From Piromyces finnis finn (taxonomy: Eukaryota > Fungi > Neocallimastigomycota), in assembly GCA_002104945.1 (NCBI GenBank), contig MCFH01000001.1, forward strand, positions 2,108,001 to 2,172,000: DNA of 64,000 nucleotides. Reading direction: 5' to 3'. This document shows, one piece after another, positions 17,558-29,389 of this stretch; the stretch's first letter is position 1; every line of letters begins with the position of its first letter. The notes beneath the pieces are model-generated. The model ran no database searches and was not told where the DNA came from. It was given only the letters and a program-made list of their open reading frames with translations. The position numbers and the translations under genes were made by a program.

Positions 17558-19466
17558 TTAGTCAAGGTTTTGTAGTTTTCTTTTCATATTATTAACAGAA
17601 TCCATTAATTTTTTGTTTTCATCGATATCCATTTCATTATTCTTTTCTGATTTCTCAACAACATATTCCATTTTGCAGTTTTCTTCCTTTGTTAAATCTT
17701 GGAAATTTTTGACTTTAATTTCTTTACTTTCTCCTTCTTTAATAACCTTTGGATTTGCTCTTGCTTTTTTCTATAAAAAATATATATTAATAATTAATAT
17801 ATACACATAGGTCGTAATATATTTATATTTATATATCAAATAAATTTCTTACTGATTTTTTAATACCAAGACTTAATAAAAAAAAAAAAAAAAAGATAAA
17901 ATAGTATATAATTAAATATTAATAAACATTATTGATTTATAATGATTTATATATATCTAATAAATAATTAGGATATACCTTGGTAATCCCTTATTAAGAC
18001 CTTCTAAGAGAACACAAGCTTTACATATTTTGTTACTTGACATATAACCACATCTTTCACATACTTTACTTGTAGGTATATTATTATTTGATTGATTTTC
18101 ATATGACTCTCCCGAATATATTATATCTATATTGAATTTAGTTCAAAAATATTATTTCATTAAATTAAAAACTACTAAAAATTAATTGTTATTCCTATAT
18201 ATTTACTATATATTTCCTACCCATAATAGCTGTAGATCTAACTTTTTCTAAATCCTTAAGAAAAACTCTTGCATTTCCTCTAAAAGCATTTGGTGCATAA
18301 ATACATTCAGTTGAAAAATAATCTAATTTTTTAAAGTGTGCATACATAACAATTTCTTTTTCATATGTATATTTAAATGGTTTTGACCGTTTAATCATAC
18401 TGTCATTTCCTGTAGTTATAAATGTGCAACGTTGTAATCTAGGGATATCTCCTCTTAATACTGTTATATATCATCAATCAATTTAAATAATTATAATATA
18501 TATTATATTAATAAAAATTTTTAAATATATATATATATTATTATTATTATTATTTTTATTTATTTATTTATTTATTTATAAAAATAAATGTTATTTACTA
18601 TTCATCAATACAGTTTCAGCTATATCATCTGCGTTATGTCCTGTAAGAATATGTTTTGCACCTAACATAACTGCACCTCTATCTAAAGCTTGACGTCTTA
18701 ATACCCCGCAAAAAGTACCTTAAATTATATAGTTGTTATATTTTTAAATATTAATTTTCATGTAATAATGAACAAAAGGAATGCTAATAACATTAATATT
18801 TACAATTATTCTTGTTTCCTGCTTCTTTAACAATTTCATCCATGCTCCAACCATACAATTCTTTATATGAAACAATTTTTAAAGGTAAATTATATTGTCT
18901 TGCATTTCTTTTTACCGTCTGGTATATTTATAAAATAAAGAAAATTTAAAATATATATATATATATGTAAATATTTATTGAAAGAACAGAAAACTTTAAT
19001 AAATATATAATATACCTCTAAAGAATCATCTCTATATCCCGTAATTCCTTCATCGATAGATAATAATACTAAATCAAGTTTGTAATTATGTCTTTTATTT
19101 AATAAATTCATTACATAAGCTAATACAGTTGAATCTTTTAATATAGTACATTTTAAATAATACATTAATATATTAATTTAATTATTAAAAATACTAAATT
19201 TATAATATATATGCTAAATATTTTTATATAAATTATAATATATAATTTAAACCTTTTCCACCACTTGCACCAATGGCAACTTTTTCATTTTCTTTAAATA
19301 CATTTCCTTGGATAATTGTTTGATGAATTTCTTCTTCAAATACAAAATAAAAACATTCTTTACAAACTAATTGACCAGTTTTTGGGCGTTTAATAACTGG
19401 TTTTCCTGATTTACATATATCGCATGTTTTTTTTGGTTTTTTAATTCTTGGTGTGTTAGAAGACAT
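17558..19466 (-). CDS. CTU1: Cytoplasmic tRNA 2-thiolation protein 1 (NCS6/CTU1), multi-exon
   Basis: N-terminal CxxC...KRPKTG..CKECF..FEEEIH; PP-loop '[15 protein letters not shown]'; '[17 protein letters not shown]'; '[18 protein letters not shown]'; '[15 protein letters not shown]'; '[36 protein letters not shown]'; C-terminal '[23 protein letters not shown]'. Confidence 0.96.
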
Positions 19467-19843
19467 TATTAATTTATTAAAAATTTCTGAAAAAAATAAA
19501 ATAATAAATATATAAATAAATAAATTTCTTATTAATAAAAGCTATAATAAAATAAAATTCACTAATTAATAATTAGAATTATATATACACATTATTATGT
19601 ATTTTTTTTTTTTTTTTTTTTGAAACTGAATAATTTTTAATTCTAAATGATATATGTAAATTATATCTTATTTTTTTAAAAAAAAAATAAAATAAATATA
19701 TATATATCATTTAAAGGAATTCATTAATAACTATCTTGTTTTTATACTACCTACTTGTCAGTATTTGTCGATATTAAAGCTATTCTTTTTTATAGTAATT
19801 TATATTTTGTTTCAAGTAAAAATATTATTTATTTTATACTTCG

Positions 19844-19877
<34 letters not shown>

Positions 19878-20672
19878 TATATTATAATATTAGTTTATAT
19901 TCAATATTATTGGATATATCAAATTCTGATTGACTAAAAAATTATAAAAATAATAATTTAAAAAGTAATTCAATATAATTAATAACAAACTAATAAATTA
20001 ATTAATATTTTATTACTTTTCTACTTTACCAAATTTAAATAAATTTAATTTGGATGGATATATTTTTTGATAAAAAATTAATTTTATAATAATATTTATT
20101 TATTTTTTTTTTTTTTTTTTTTTTTGTTATTTGTAATAGGAATATTTATTTATTTATAAATTCAAATATTCAAAAGAGTATATAACATTTATCCTTGTAA
20201 AAATAACTAAGACTTATACTGATGAAAGTAATAATAATATATTTAAAAATATGAACATTCAATTTTTAAAATTTCCTAATTGTCAAAAATTTTAAAATGT
20301 TACATTTAAAATTAGATAAAAATAAATACATGTAAAAAATTTAAGGGTTTTTAAATAAAGATATAAGAATATAATTTAATAGCATATGTATAAAAATATA
20401 AGAATAAGAATAAGAATTCGTAACTAAATTAAAAATATAAAAAGAAAAAAAAACCGTCATAAAAATCATTAGATATAATTTAGAAATAAACAAAATATTT
20501 TAACCACATATTAAATTATATATATAAATAATATATAAATAATTTGATAATGTTGCTAATAATAATTGATTTAAAGGAGATAATGATATTAAATAAATAG
20601 TGATATATTATTAAAATTGGTATTATGATATTTTCATTTAAGAAATTAAAAATTGATTTTTTTTTTTTTTTT

Positions 20673-20705
<33 letters not shown>

Positions 20706-20750
20706 TATAAAGATATTATTATATAGATAATACATCATATATACTCTATT

Positions 20751-23598
20751 ATGGAAAACACAACTAAAAAAACATACGAAAAAGAATTATTTATAATACG
20801 TGGTTTACCAGGTTCAGGTAAAACCACATTAGCTAATTCAATACTAGGTAATGGAGCTGGAATCATTCATTCTTCAGATGATTTTTTTACAAATAAAAGA
20901 AATGTTTTTAAATTTGATAAAGCAAAAATAAATGAGGCTTTAAAATTTAATCAAAAACAATGTGAAGAATCTTGCAGTAAAGGAATTTTAAGAATTATTG
21001 TTGATGATAATCATGTTAAGCGTTGGAATGTCAAACCGATAATTGAAACAGGAAAGAAATACAACTATAAAATTATCATTCGGGAGCCAGAAACAACCTG
21101 GTGGAAGACTCGTAACGTTAATGAAATGGCAAAGCGTTCAAAACATAATTACTCAATTAATGTTATAAAAAAATTATTAGAATTATGGGATACAGATTTT
21201 TCAATTGAATCGATATTAAAAGAAAAAATTCCAGAAAATAAAGAAGATATTATTGATCAATTAGTCCAAAATACAGTAAAATCTTTACAAGGAAAGAATG
21301 CATTAAATTTAAATAACAAGGTATTTTCATTATTTATTTTATTGGTATTTCTAATTTTTTTTTTTTTTTTTTTTTTTTTTAAGCTTTTATAAAAAAATAT
21401 ATAAATTTTATTATTATGTTTCCAAGGAAATCAAATGAAATATAAATATATTATGTTAAAAAAAATGAGGGGGGAAAAAAAAGAGTGATGAATAAAGAAG
21501 AAATTTGAATATACATAAGAAATAAATATAATATTTACTAAATATTTAAGTGCTTTATATATATTAGATGTTAAATAAAAATTGAAATTTACATTTGTAT
21601 ATATTAAATAATGAAATCATCAATTTAAGAAATACCTTTATTCAATCTTATAATATTTAAAATTTATGGAATATTTTAAAAATAATTTAAAAGAATATTT
21701 ATAAATACACAACATTTAATATAAAACATATATAAAAAAAAAAAAATAAATATGATAAATACAATTTTATTTTGAATTTATGAATAATTATAATTATATA
21801 TAAATAATTAAAGAAAAATTAAAAATATATCGATATTTTCATTGCTAACTGAAATTAATAATTAACCTTAGTTAATGTTTTCTTTATACTTTAAAATATA
21901 TTCATTACATTTATTATTCATAATTAATAATAATAAAATCATAAAAGCTAATATTTGATAAATATTTAATTAAACATTATATATATATATTTATAAATTC
22001 ATAATTATGTTATTTCAATAACTTAAAATAACTTTTAAATAATTTCTAATTAAATACAATAATATTATTTAAAAACATAAAATTTAAAAGAAATTTAATT
22101 CAAGACATAATCATCATAATGGTAAAGTTTTCAATATTTTTTTTAATTTTTTTTTTTTATATATATATCATCAGAATATAGACTATCATCATAAATTTTA
22201 TTTTCATAAATGGCGTATTAAAAAAAAAACTATTATTAATTATGAGTATAATTAAATATAATTGCCAAAAAATTTAAATAAATAAAATATGAATATAGTC
22301 ATTATTATTATCATTATTAGCTTATATAATAATAGAATAAATATGATATAGTGATTAAAAACTAGTAATAATAATAACATAATAGAGATTAAACAATTTT
22401 AAAGTAAAAATAGATAAAAACAAATACTACATAATTATTTTTTATTTTATAAACTAAATGGTTTTAATTATTAATTATATTAATAATAATAATAAAAAAA
22501 AGTATAAAAGAAAAATTCATATTTTACAAACTATTATTTATACTATAAAAAAATAATAATTAAATAACTGAATAAGCAACAATAAAAAATTTATATTATC
22601 AGAATGTTATTAGTAAAAATCTTTTATAACTTTTGCTAATTATTTAATCTTTTTTTCTTTTTTTTTATTTTAATTTTAATGTAATAATTGTTATAAACTG
22701 TGATAACAAAATTCAATAATTAGGACCACCAAAAAGTAATATAAATCCAGGAAGAAATAATTATGTAGCTCAAAAACCAAAAAATATAGATAATTTTAGA
22801 TCACAACCATATTATGGACCAAATAGAGGAAGAGATAATCCTAATTCTCGTGGTAATTATTACGATAGGCCTCCAAACAATAGTTTTGAACGTAGTAACA
22901 GTAATAGACGTCCATATAAGCCTACTAATCATGATCGTGGATATTATTCACCACCTCCACCATCTCCACCACTACCACCTCCATCTGGTGGTTATCGAAA
23001 TTCATATCCTCCAGCATACGACCGTTATGATAGAAATGATAATCTTCATCCATCAACATTATCTCCACACAATTACGATCGCTACGACCGTAATGATAAC
23101 CCACCATATAATGAACGATACCCTGGACGTGTTAATAAACCACATGATAATCGTGATCATAATAGAGGTGAACCTCCATTACCTCCACCACCAACAAACG
23201 AACGTTATAATAAAAGAATAAATGGAGGAATGCCAATGTATGATAAATATGATAGAAGTAAGACTGGAATTAATCCATCATCACAATATTATAATCGTAG
23301 AGATAATCCTCCACCACCTCCTCCACCACCACCACCAATGTATGATCACCATGAACGTAGAAATAATCATTTACAACAAGGATATGATCGTCGTGGTAAA
23401 GGCCCTGCTCCACCACCAGGTCCACGCTTTGACAGAAGAGATCATAATCCACCTCCAGCTCCAGGATATTATGATGGACCACTAGTCGGTAATAACAGCA
23501 ATAGAAATTATTATGGTAGAGGAGGATCAACACCTCCAAACCGAATGATGAATAATCCTCCACCATATAACTATAGAGGTGGATGGAAAAGGAAATAA
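20751..23598 (+). CDS. N4BP2-like (AAA_33-type) P-loop kinase with long Pro/Arg/Tyr/Gly/Asn-rich C-terminal tail; proposed 3 exons, 491 aa
   Basis: Walker A 'IIRGLPGSGKTTLA', 'IIHSSDDFF', 'IIVDDNH..WNVKP', 'EPETTWWK..NVNEMAKRSKHN'. Proposed exons: 20751-21320 (phase 0 donor GTATTT), 22091-22121 (AG|...|GTAAAG, KFNSRHNHHNG) and 22724-23598 (phase 1, stop-free, ending ...YNYRGGWKRK*). The kinase domain is solid; the link to the tail is inferred. Confidence 0.7.
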
Positions 23599-24130
23599 AG
23601 AAATAAAAAATCATGAATATATACAAATTTGAATCATAGTGCTTTTAATAAGAAGAAAGGAAGAAAAAAAAGAAAAAGAAAAAAAGCATTTTTTATCATT
23701 ATATCATTATTATTTTAATTTAATTTTATAAATAAATATGTGTAATTTTGTTAAAAAAAAAAAAAAAAAAAAAAATATTTTCTATTGTAATTATATTTAT
23801 TGCAATTTACCATAACTGTACTTTTTAAGATGAAAAAAAAAAAAAAAAAATTACACATACTATTACATACTAATAAAATTAATTATAATTAAATCTTTAC
23901 ATTAAAATTTAATAAAAATAAAAAATCATAAATATTATTTTTATTGAGGTAATCTTTTATGAATTTATCAAAAATATTTATATATAATATATATATTTTC
24001 CTATTAAAACTTTTTATATACAAAACATATTTAATTTTTAATATTTAATATTTTTAATATCTAATATGTTTAATTTTATATAATAAAAAAAAAATAAATA
24101 ACTCTTTAGTTATTTATTTAAAGAGAAATC

Positions 24131-24131
<1 letters not shown>

Positions 24132-24207
<76 letters not shown>
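24132..24207. repeat. (TAT)n microsatellite, about 25 units
   Basis: Perfect TAT/ATT run between the convergent 3' ends of the kinase gene and the carboxypeptidase gene. Confidence 0.95.
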
Positions 24208-24380
24208 TTAATTAGTTTTATTTTTATTTTATTTTTAATTTTAAATTATTATATACAGAGGTTTATTAATTATTATCGTTTTTTTTTTTTTTTTTTTCTG
24301 GTTTAATATATGATAAATATGAAATTTTAAATATTATTACTATCTTTTATTACTATATTTTTCTTAATTTTGTTTTCTTT

Positions 24381-26493
24381 TTATAATTTTTTATCTTCAC
24401 CAAGTTCACCATTAATCCAGGCATTAATCATATCTTCAGAGGCCTTTGGTTGATCATATGGAACCTAGTTTTATGTAAAATATATATATTATTATTATTA
24501 TTATTATTTGTTATTTTATGATATTAAATTCCATGAAAAAAATAATATTATCTATACTATATAAAATTTATCCTAATCAATAATAAACTAAAGTTTTATT
24601 ATTTTATGTAATTACCATGTGGCCAGCTTGGTAAATTCTTAAGAAAGTAAAGTTCATGTAAGAACGAACTTGACCATAACTGTTTCCTGGTTCTTTCTTT
24701 TCTTGATAACCGTACCATTCCTTATCAAGAGAGAAATTAAAACCTAATTTACCATCCCAATCTAATTCCATAGTCCAAGCTTTATTACCAATCCAATTAC
24801 AAATGAAATCAGCATCACCAGCATAAATCAATACTTTAATACCAGATTCAAGAATATCTGGTAAGAATCTAACATATGGAAGCATCCTGTTTAATATAAT
24901 TGAGAGTATTTTAATAAATGAAAAATATAAATTTATTATTTAAATAATTTCATATTTAAAAAAATAAAAACATTTACCAGTCACCAGCTGAATTAAAATC
25001 TAAATTAATTTGCATATTACAACTCTTGTAGTTCATATTTGGATCAACACCAAGAGTTTGCTTTACATCATCTCTATTTAAATAAGTTTCGATATCATCC
25101 ATAATGGAATAACAAAGATTACTATTTTCACAATTGGTACGTACATCATAAACATTTCTACCAGTTTTTTGGAAAGGACCAATTAAAGCATTATTACAAT
25201 AAACAGAGGATGGGACGCAAATGAATGGCTATTATATATATTATATTTATTTAATTAATTGTTAATAATATTATTATCTTATATAATTATATAGTTTTTC
25301 ATTATAAATATTAAATTATATATTATTTACATTTTCCCATTGATAGCATGAACCAATTAATCTAACACAAGTACCTTCTTTCTTATGCATACCCATACAG
25401 TCTTCTTCACTGACTAATGGTCCATCTAAAAAACATGAATAAATTATGAAAATATATATTAATTTAGAAGAAAAAAAATATAATTAAAAAATTAATAGTA
25501 ATTCAATAATAGCACTTACAGTCAGAACCACAAGCCATTTCAGTATAATAACGATATTGGATCAATGGATCTACCATACCATTACCAATACCTAAACTTT
25601 CTAAATCAATCTTAACTAAACTTTTTTGTTCTTTAACAGTGAATTCACTTTTAATATTAACATCTTCTAATTCTTTGTTATGAGTAGTAATTTCATTACC
25701 AATAGCTGGAATGTAGTGTCCAGCATAACTTTCACCAAAGACATGAACCTTACGATTGAATTGTGGGAATTTCTTAAAGAATAATTGTAAAAATGCATAA
25801 ACATCTTTACCAGCAGAAATAGTATCCTTAATATTTTTGGAGTCAGAGTATGAATAACCAACATTAACTGGTTGATCTAAGAATAATAAATTAGCCTTAT
25901 TATTCCAAGAATGTTCATTGATAATGGTTGAGTTACCAGAAGGGGCAACACGACATGGACCTAATTCCATTAAAAGTCCTGTTAATGAAGAACAACCTGG
26001 ACCACCATTTAACCAAAGAATAGTTGGATCAGTTTCTGGATTAGAACGTGATTCAAAGAACCAGAAAAAGAAATGCTAATAATTTAAGAATATTGTATAT
26101 TTTATTATTAATAATTCAAATACTAAAACTTTTATTTAAAATAATAAAAATAATATTTTATTAACAGGCTATAACTAAAAGAATTCCTGAACTATTGGTT
26201 GTTTATGTTTAATTCTTTATATTATGTACCTTATCTTCATCTTCAATATCTAAGTAACCAGCATATTGATTGACACCTTCTGTAGTTTCACAAAGATCTG
26301 GTTCACGATAACGAAGTTGAATTGATGGGAAGGCTGCATGGGTGACAATAGCCCAATCTAATGGGTTTGATTGTTGCTTAAAAGTTAATTCATCTCCTTG
26401 TGGATCTTGAAGAAGAATTTGTTGAAATTGACCTAATACCTTAGTGGCAAGTAAACCAACAGTGGTTAAAAGTGCTTTATTAAAAATTTTCAT
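24381..26493 (-). CDS. Serine carboxypeptidase, family S10 (carboxypeptidase Y-like), with signal peptide, multi-exon
   Basis: Hydrophobic N-terminus [21 protein letters not shown]; 'QYAGYLD', '[40 protein letters not shown]'. Catalytic Ser in [10 protein letters not shown], Asp in [11 protein letters not shown], His in AGHMVPYDQP. Ends ...[14 protein letters not shown]. Confidence 0.95.
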
Positions 26494-27282
26494 TACTACA
26501 CTTAAATGTATATGTTGCTGCCTTTTATGTAATTATTTTTTTTTTATAAATCTTTTTCTTTTACTTATTTTCTTTTCTCAAATATAATACTTATTTTTAT
26601 TATATTCTAAAATTATATTTAAATTATATATTATTATTAGAATAATTATATATTAATATATTAATAAAAATTTAATATTGATTACTTTTATAATTATTTT
26701 TAAATAATAAAATAATATAATAATGATAATGTTTTTTAAAATAAATAATGATTAATATAATTTATGTTTATCATTTAAAAATATATCTTTTATTACAATA
26801 ATACTATAATTATTATTATAGTTATTATTATTATTATTTATTAAAATATAGATTTCAAAGAATTTTATATTATATTCAGAGCTTAAAAAATATATAATGC
26901 CACATTTTTGTTTTGTTTTATTATTATACTCTTATGTTAAGATAAATATATTATTATATTAATTATAATTAATTATTATACTTCATTTTAAAAATATAAT
27001 TACTTAAAATTTAAAGGAATAAATAAAATTTTAATTATTGATGAAGTTTTTTTTTTAAGTTTCCATTTACAACTTATATAAATAATATACACTGTAAAAG
27101 CTGATAGGAAATAAAATATATATATATAAAGGTTTTTTTTTATCTATAATTTAAACCAGATTCATATTATAAAGATTGATATTTACTTTTATTTTTGATT
27201 AATTATTGTTATTTTTTTATTATTTATTTCTTTTCTTGTTTTTCTTTTCCTTTTGTTTTTCTCTTTGTTTTTGCTTTTCTTT

Positions 27283-27315
<33 letters not shown>

Positions 27316-29300
27316 TGACTTTTTTATCTTTAAAATGAATTATTCTTTTCTTAAATTCAAATTAGAGATAAAAAAAAATTAATATAAAACGTTTTATAAT
27401 TTAAAGTGTCTAAAAATGTTTATTCATTATTTTATAACGGAGAAAAAAAACCTAAAAGTAATTATATATAATTATATTTCTTAATTTAAAATTATATATA
27501 TCATGTTAAATAATTAATTTTTTTTAATTATTATGTATATATTATAATATATTTTAATATACCAAATATAATAATTTTAAACTTTAATTTCTTTGTTTAA
27601 TATTAAAGATTTTTGCAGGTGTAACAGCAAATATAAAAAGGTTATTTAAAAAAAAATAGTAGTAAAAAAAAATGGTTAAAGATAGTGTTAAAAATATTAT
27701 TCTATTACTTTAAATATTTAAAATATATATATAACAGTTATCGATTCTTAACATTTTTCAAAAAATAAAAAAAAATGAATTGAAATGAACTCTAGAAAAA
27801 AAAAATTAATTAAAAACTTTAAATTTCATATAATTTTTCTTTATGATTAAAAAAGTTAATGTAAAATGTTCAAATGTTCTTATAAATATCATATGATACT
27901 TTGAACTATTTTTTAATATTTAATCTATATAACCCTTTTCTTTATTTCTTGTTATGTTAATGTTATTATATAATTATTTTATATTTCAATAATTTTGGTA
28001 TATATACACATGCACACACAAAAATGATATTAATATATTAATACGAAAATTTATTCTTTAAAGATATTCATTTTTTATAAGAATTATCTATTTAAAAATT
28101 GTTTATTGTTATTATTGTTATTTATATTATATATATGATATAATGAAAAAGATAGTTTAACCAATGTTAAAGAATTATTGATGTAAAATAGACTATTTTA
28201 TTGTTTCTTTAAAAATCATTATTGGTATTTTTTTTTTTTTATTTTTTTTTGATATTATAAAATGTTAGATATAATGATAATAAATATAATAAAAAGTAAT
28301 AATAAGCTATTTAATATATAATTTTTTATTTTACAAGTATAAATTAACAACGTTCAAAATAACAAACAAGAGCGTCAATATAAAAAAATAAATGATATTA
28401 ATATTTGAATTTTTTATCTATTTCATTAGTACTTAAATACAATTATTACCAAACTAAAATGTGTTATTTTATTCTTTTTATATGTATAAAACTTTTTGTT
28501 TATTTTTGGTCTTTTGAATTTTATATTAATTAAAGCTCTAGAGGAAAAAAAAAATATTTTTTTCTTTTTTTTTAGAAATATTATAATATTTTGCCTGCAA
28601 ATGTAAGGTGGTCTATTTTTTTGTAATATCAATATCAATAAAAATTATTTTCTGTTTTTTTTAAAGAGTTTATTACTTTAATTTATATATTTTAACTTTA
28701 ACAATATATATATATATATAATGTATAGTTAATTATTTCTATCTATTGTATTTTGTATAGTAAAGACGGTTCTCTACAAAGTTTTTTTTAACAAATATGA
28801 AATAAAATAAAAACCAAATGTTTAATTAAATTTATATGATTTATTTATCATAAAAAAAAGGTTTTGAAAATGTTTTTTTTTTTTTTTTTCGTGTGACACA
28901 AAATTTTATTTATATTAAAATGATTTGTGGAATGATAAGAAATAAAAAATAGGTCGAAGAAGAGTAAACATTTAAAAAATGAAAAAATATTTTATTATAA
29001 AAATAATCATCATCATCATAATAATAATGTAAATAAAAAGATAATACTTTCTTTAATAATAAAGGAAATATATTAAATTTCAGTAGATATAATTGATTAT
29101 TATTATTATTATTATTATATAATTTTATTTTAATATTATAATATTAAAAATAAAATGTATTTATTATTTTAATTTAAAAAGTTATTTGTTTATAAAAGAT
29201 TAAATGAATTTGAATTTTATATAAAAAATTAAATAATTTAGATAATAATATAATTACTAATAAATATAAATCTATAACAATAGCAGTACAGGCAATATCA

Positions 29301-29303
29301 AAA

Positions 29304-29362
<59 letters not shown>
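29301..29362. repeat. (AAAT)n microsatellite, about 15 units, just upstream of ankyrin copy A
   Basis: Perfect AAAT run ending about 27 bp before the ATG at 29390. Confidence 0.95.
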
Positions 29363-29364
<2 letters not shown>

Positions 29365-29389
29365 AGAATATATATGATTACTTTTAATA

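Noticed and set aside
19755-19937. Short intergenic ORFs (19755-19937, 28426-28638, 34298-34498, 60860-61069)
   Set aside because: Dominated by poly-A/poly-T-derived K/F/I/Y runs typical of random ORFs in very AT-rich DNA.
21321-21392. Hydrophobic 'tail anchor' at the end of the kinase ORF ([22 protein letters not shown])
   Set aside because: It starts at a GTATTT donor and is a poly-T intron read-through. The same applies to the myosin ORF end at 51505-51573.
22814-23626. Overlapping His/Ile-rich and Val-rich ORFs (22814-23221, 23222-23485, 22925-23107, 23270-23626)
   Set aside because: Alternative-frame or antisense shadows of the Pro-rich exon, with compositions predicted by its codon repeats.
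27619-27640. Exon-like TTTTGCAG|GTGTAACAGCAAATATAAAAAG|GTTATT in the carboxypeptidase-ankyrin intergenic region
   Set aside because: No partner coding exons were found nearby. It could be a UTR exon, but there is no evidence.
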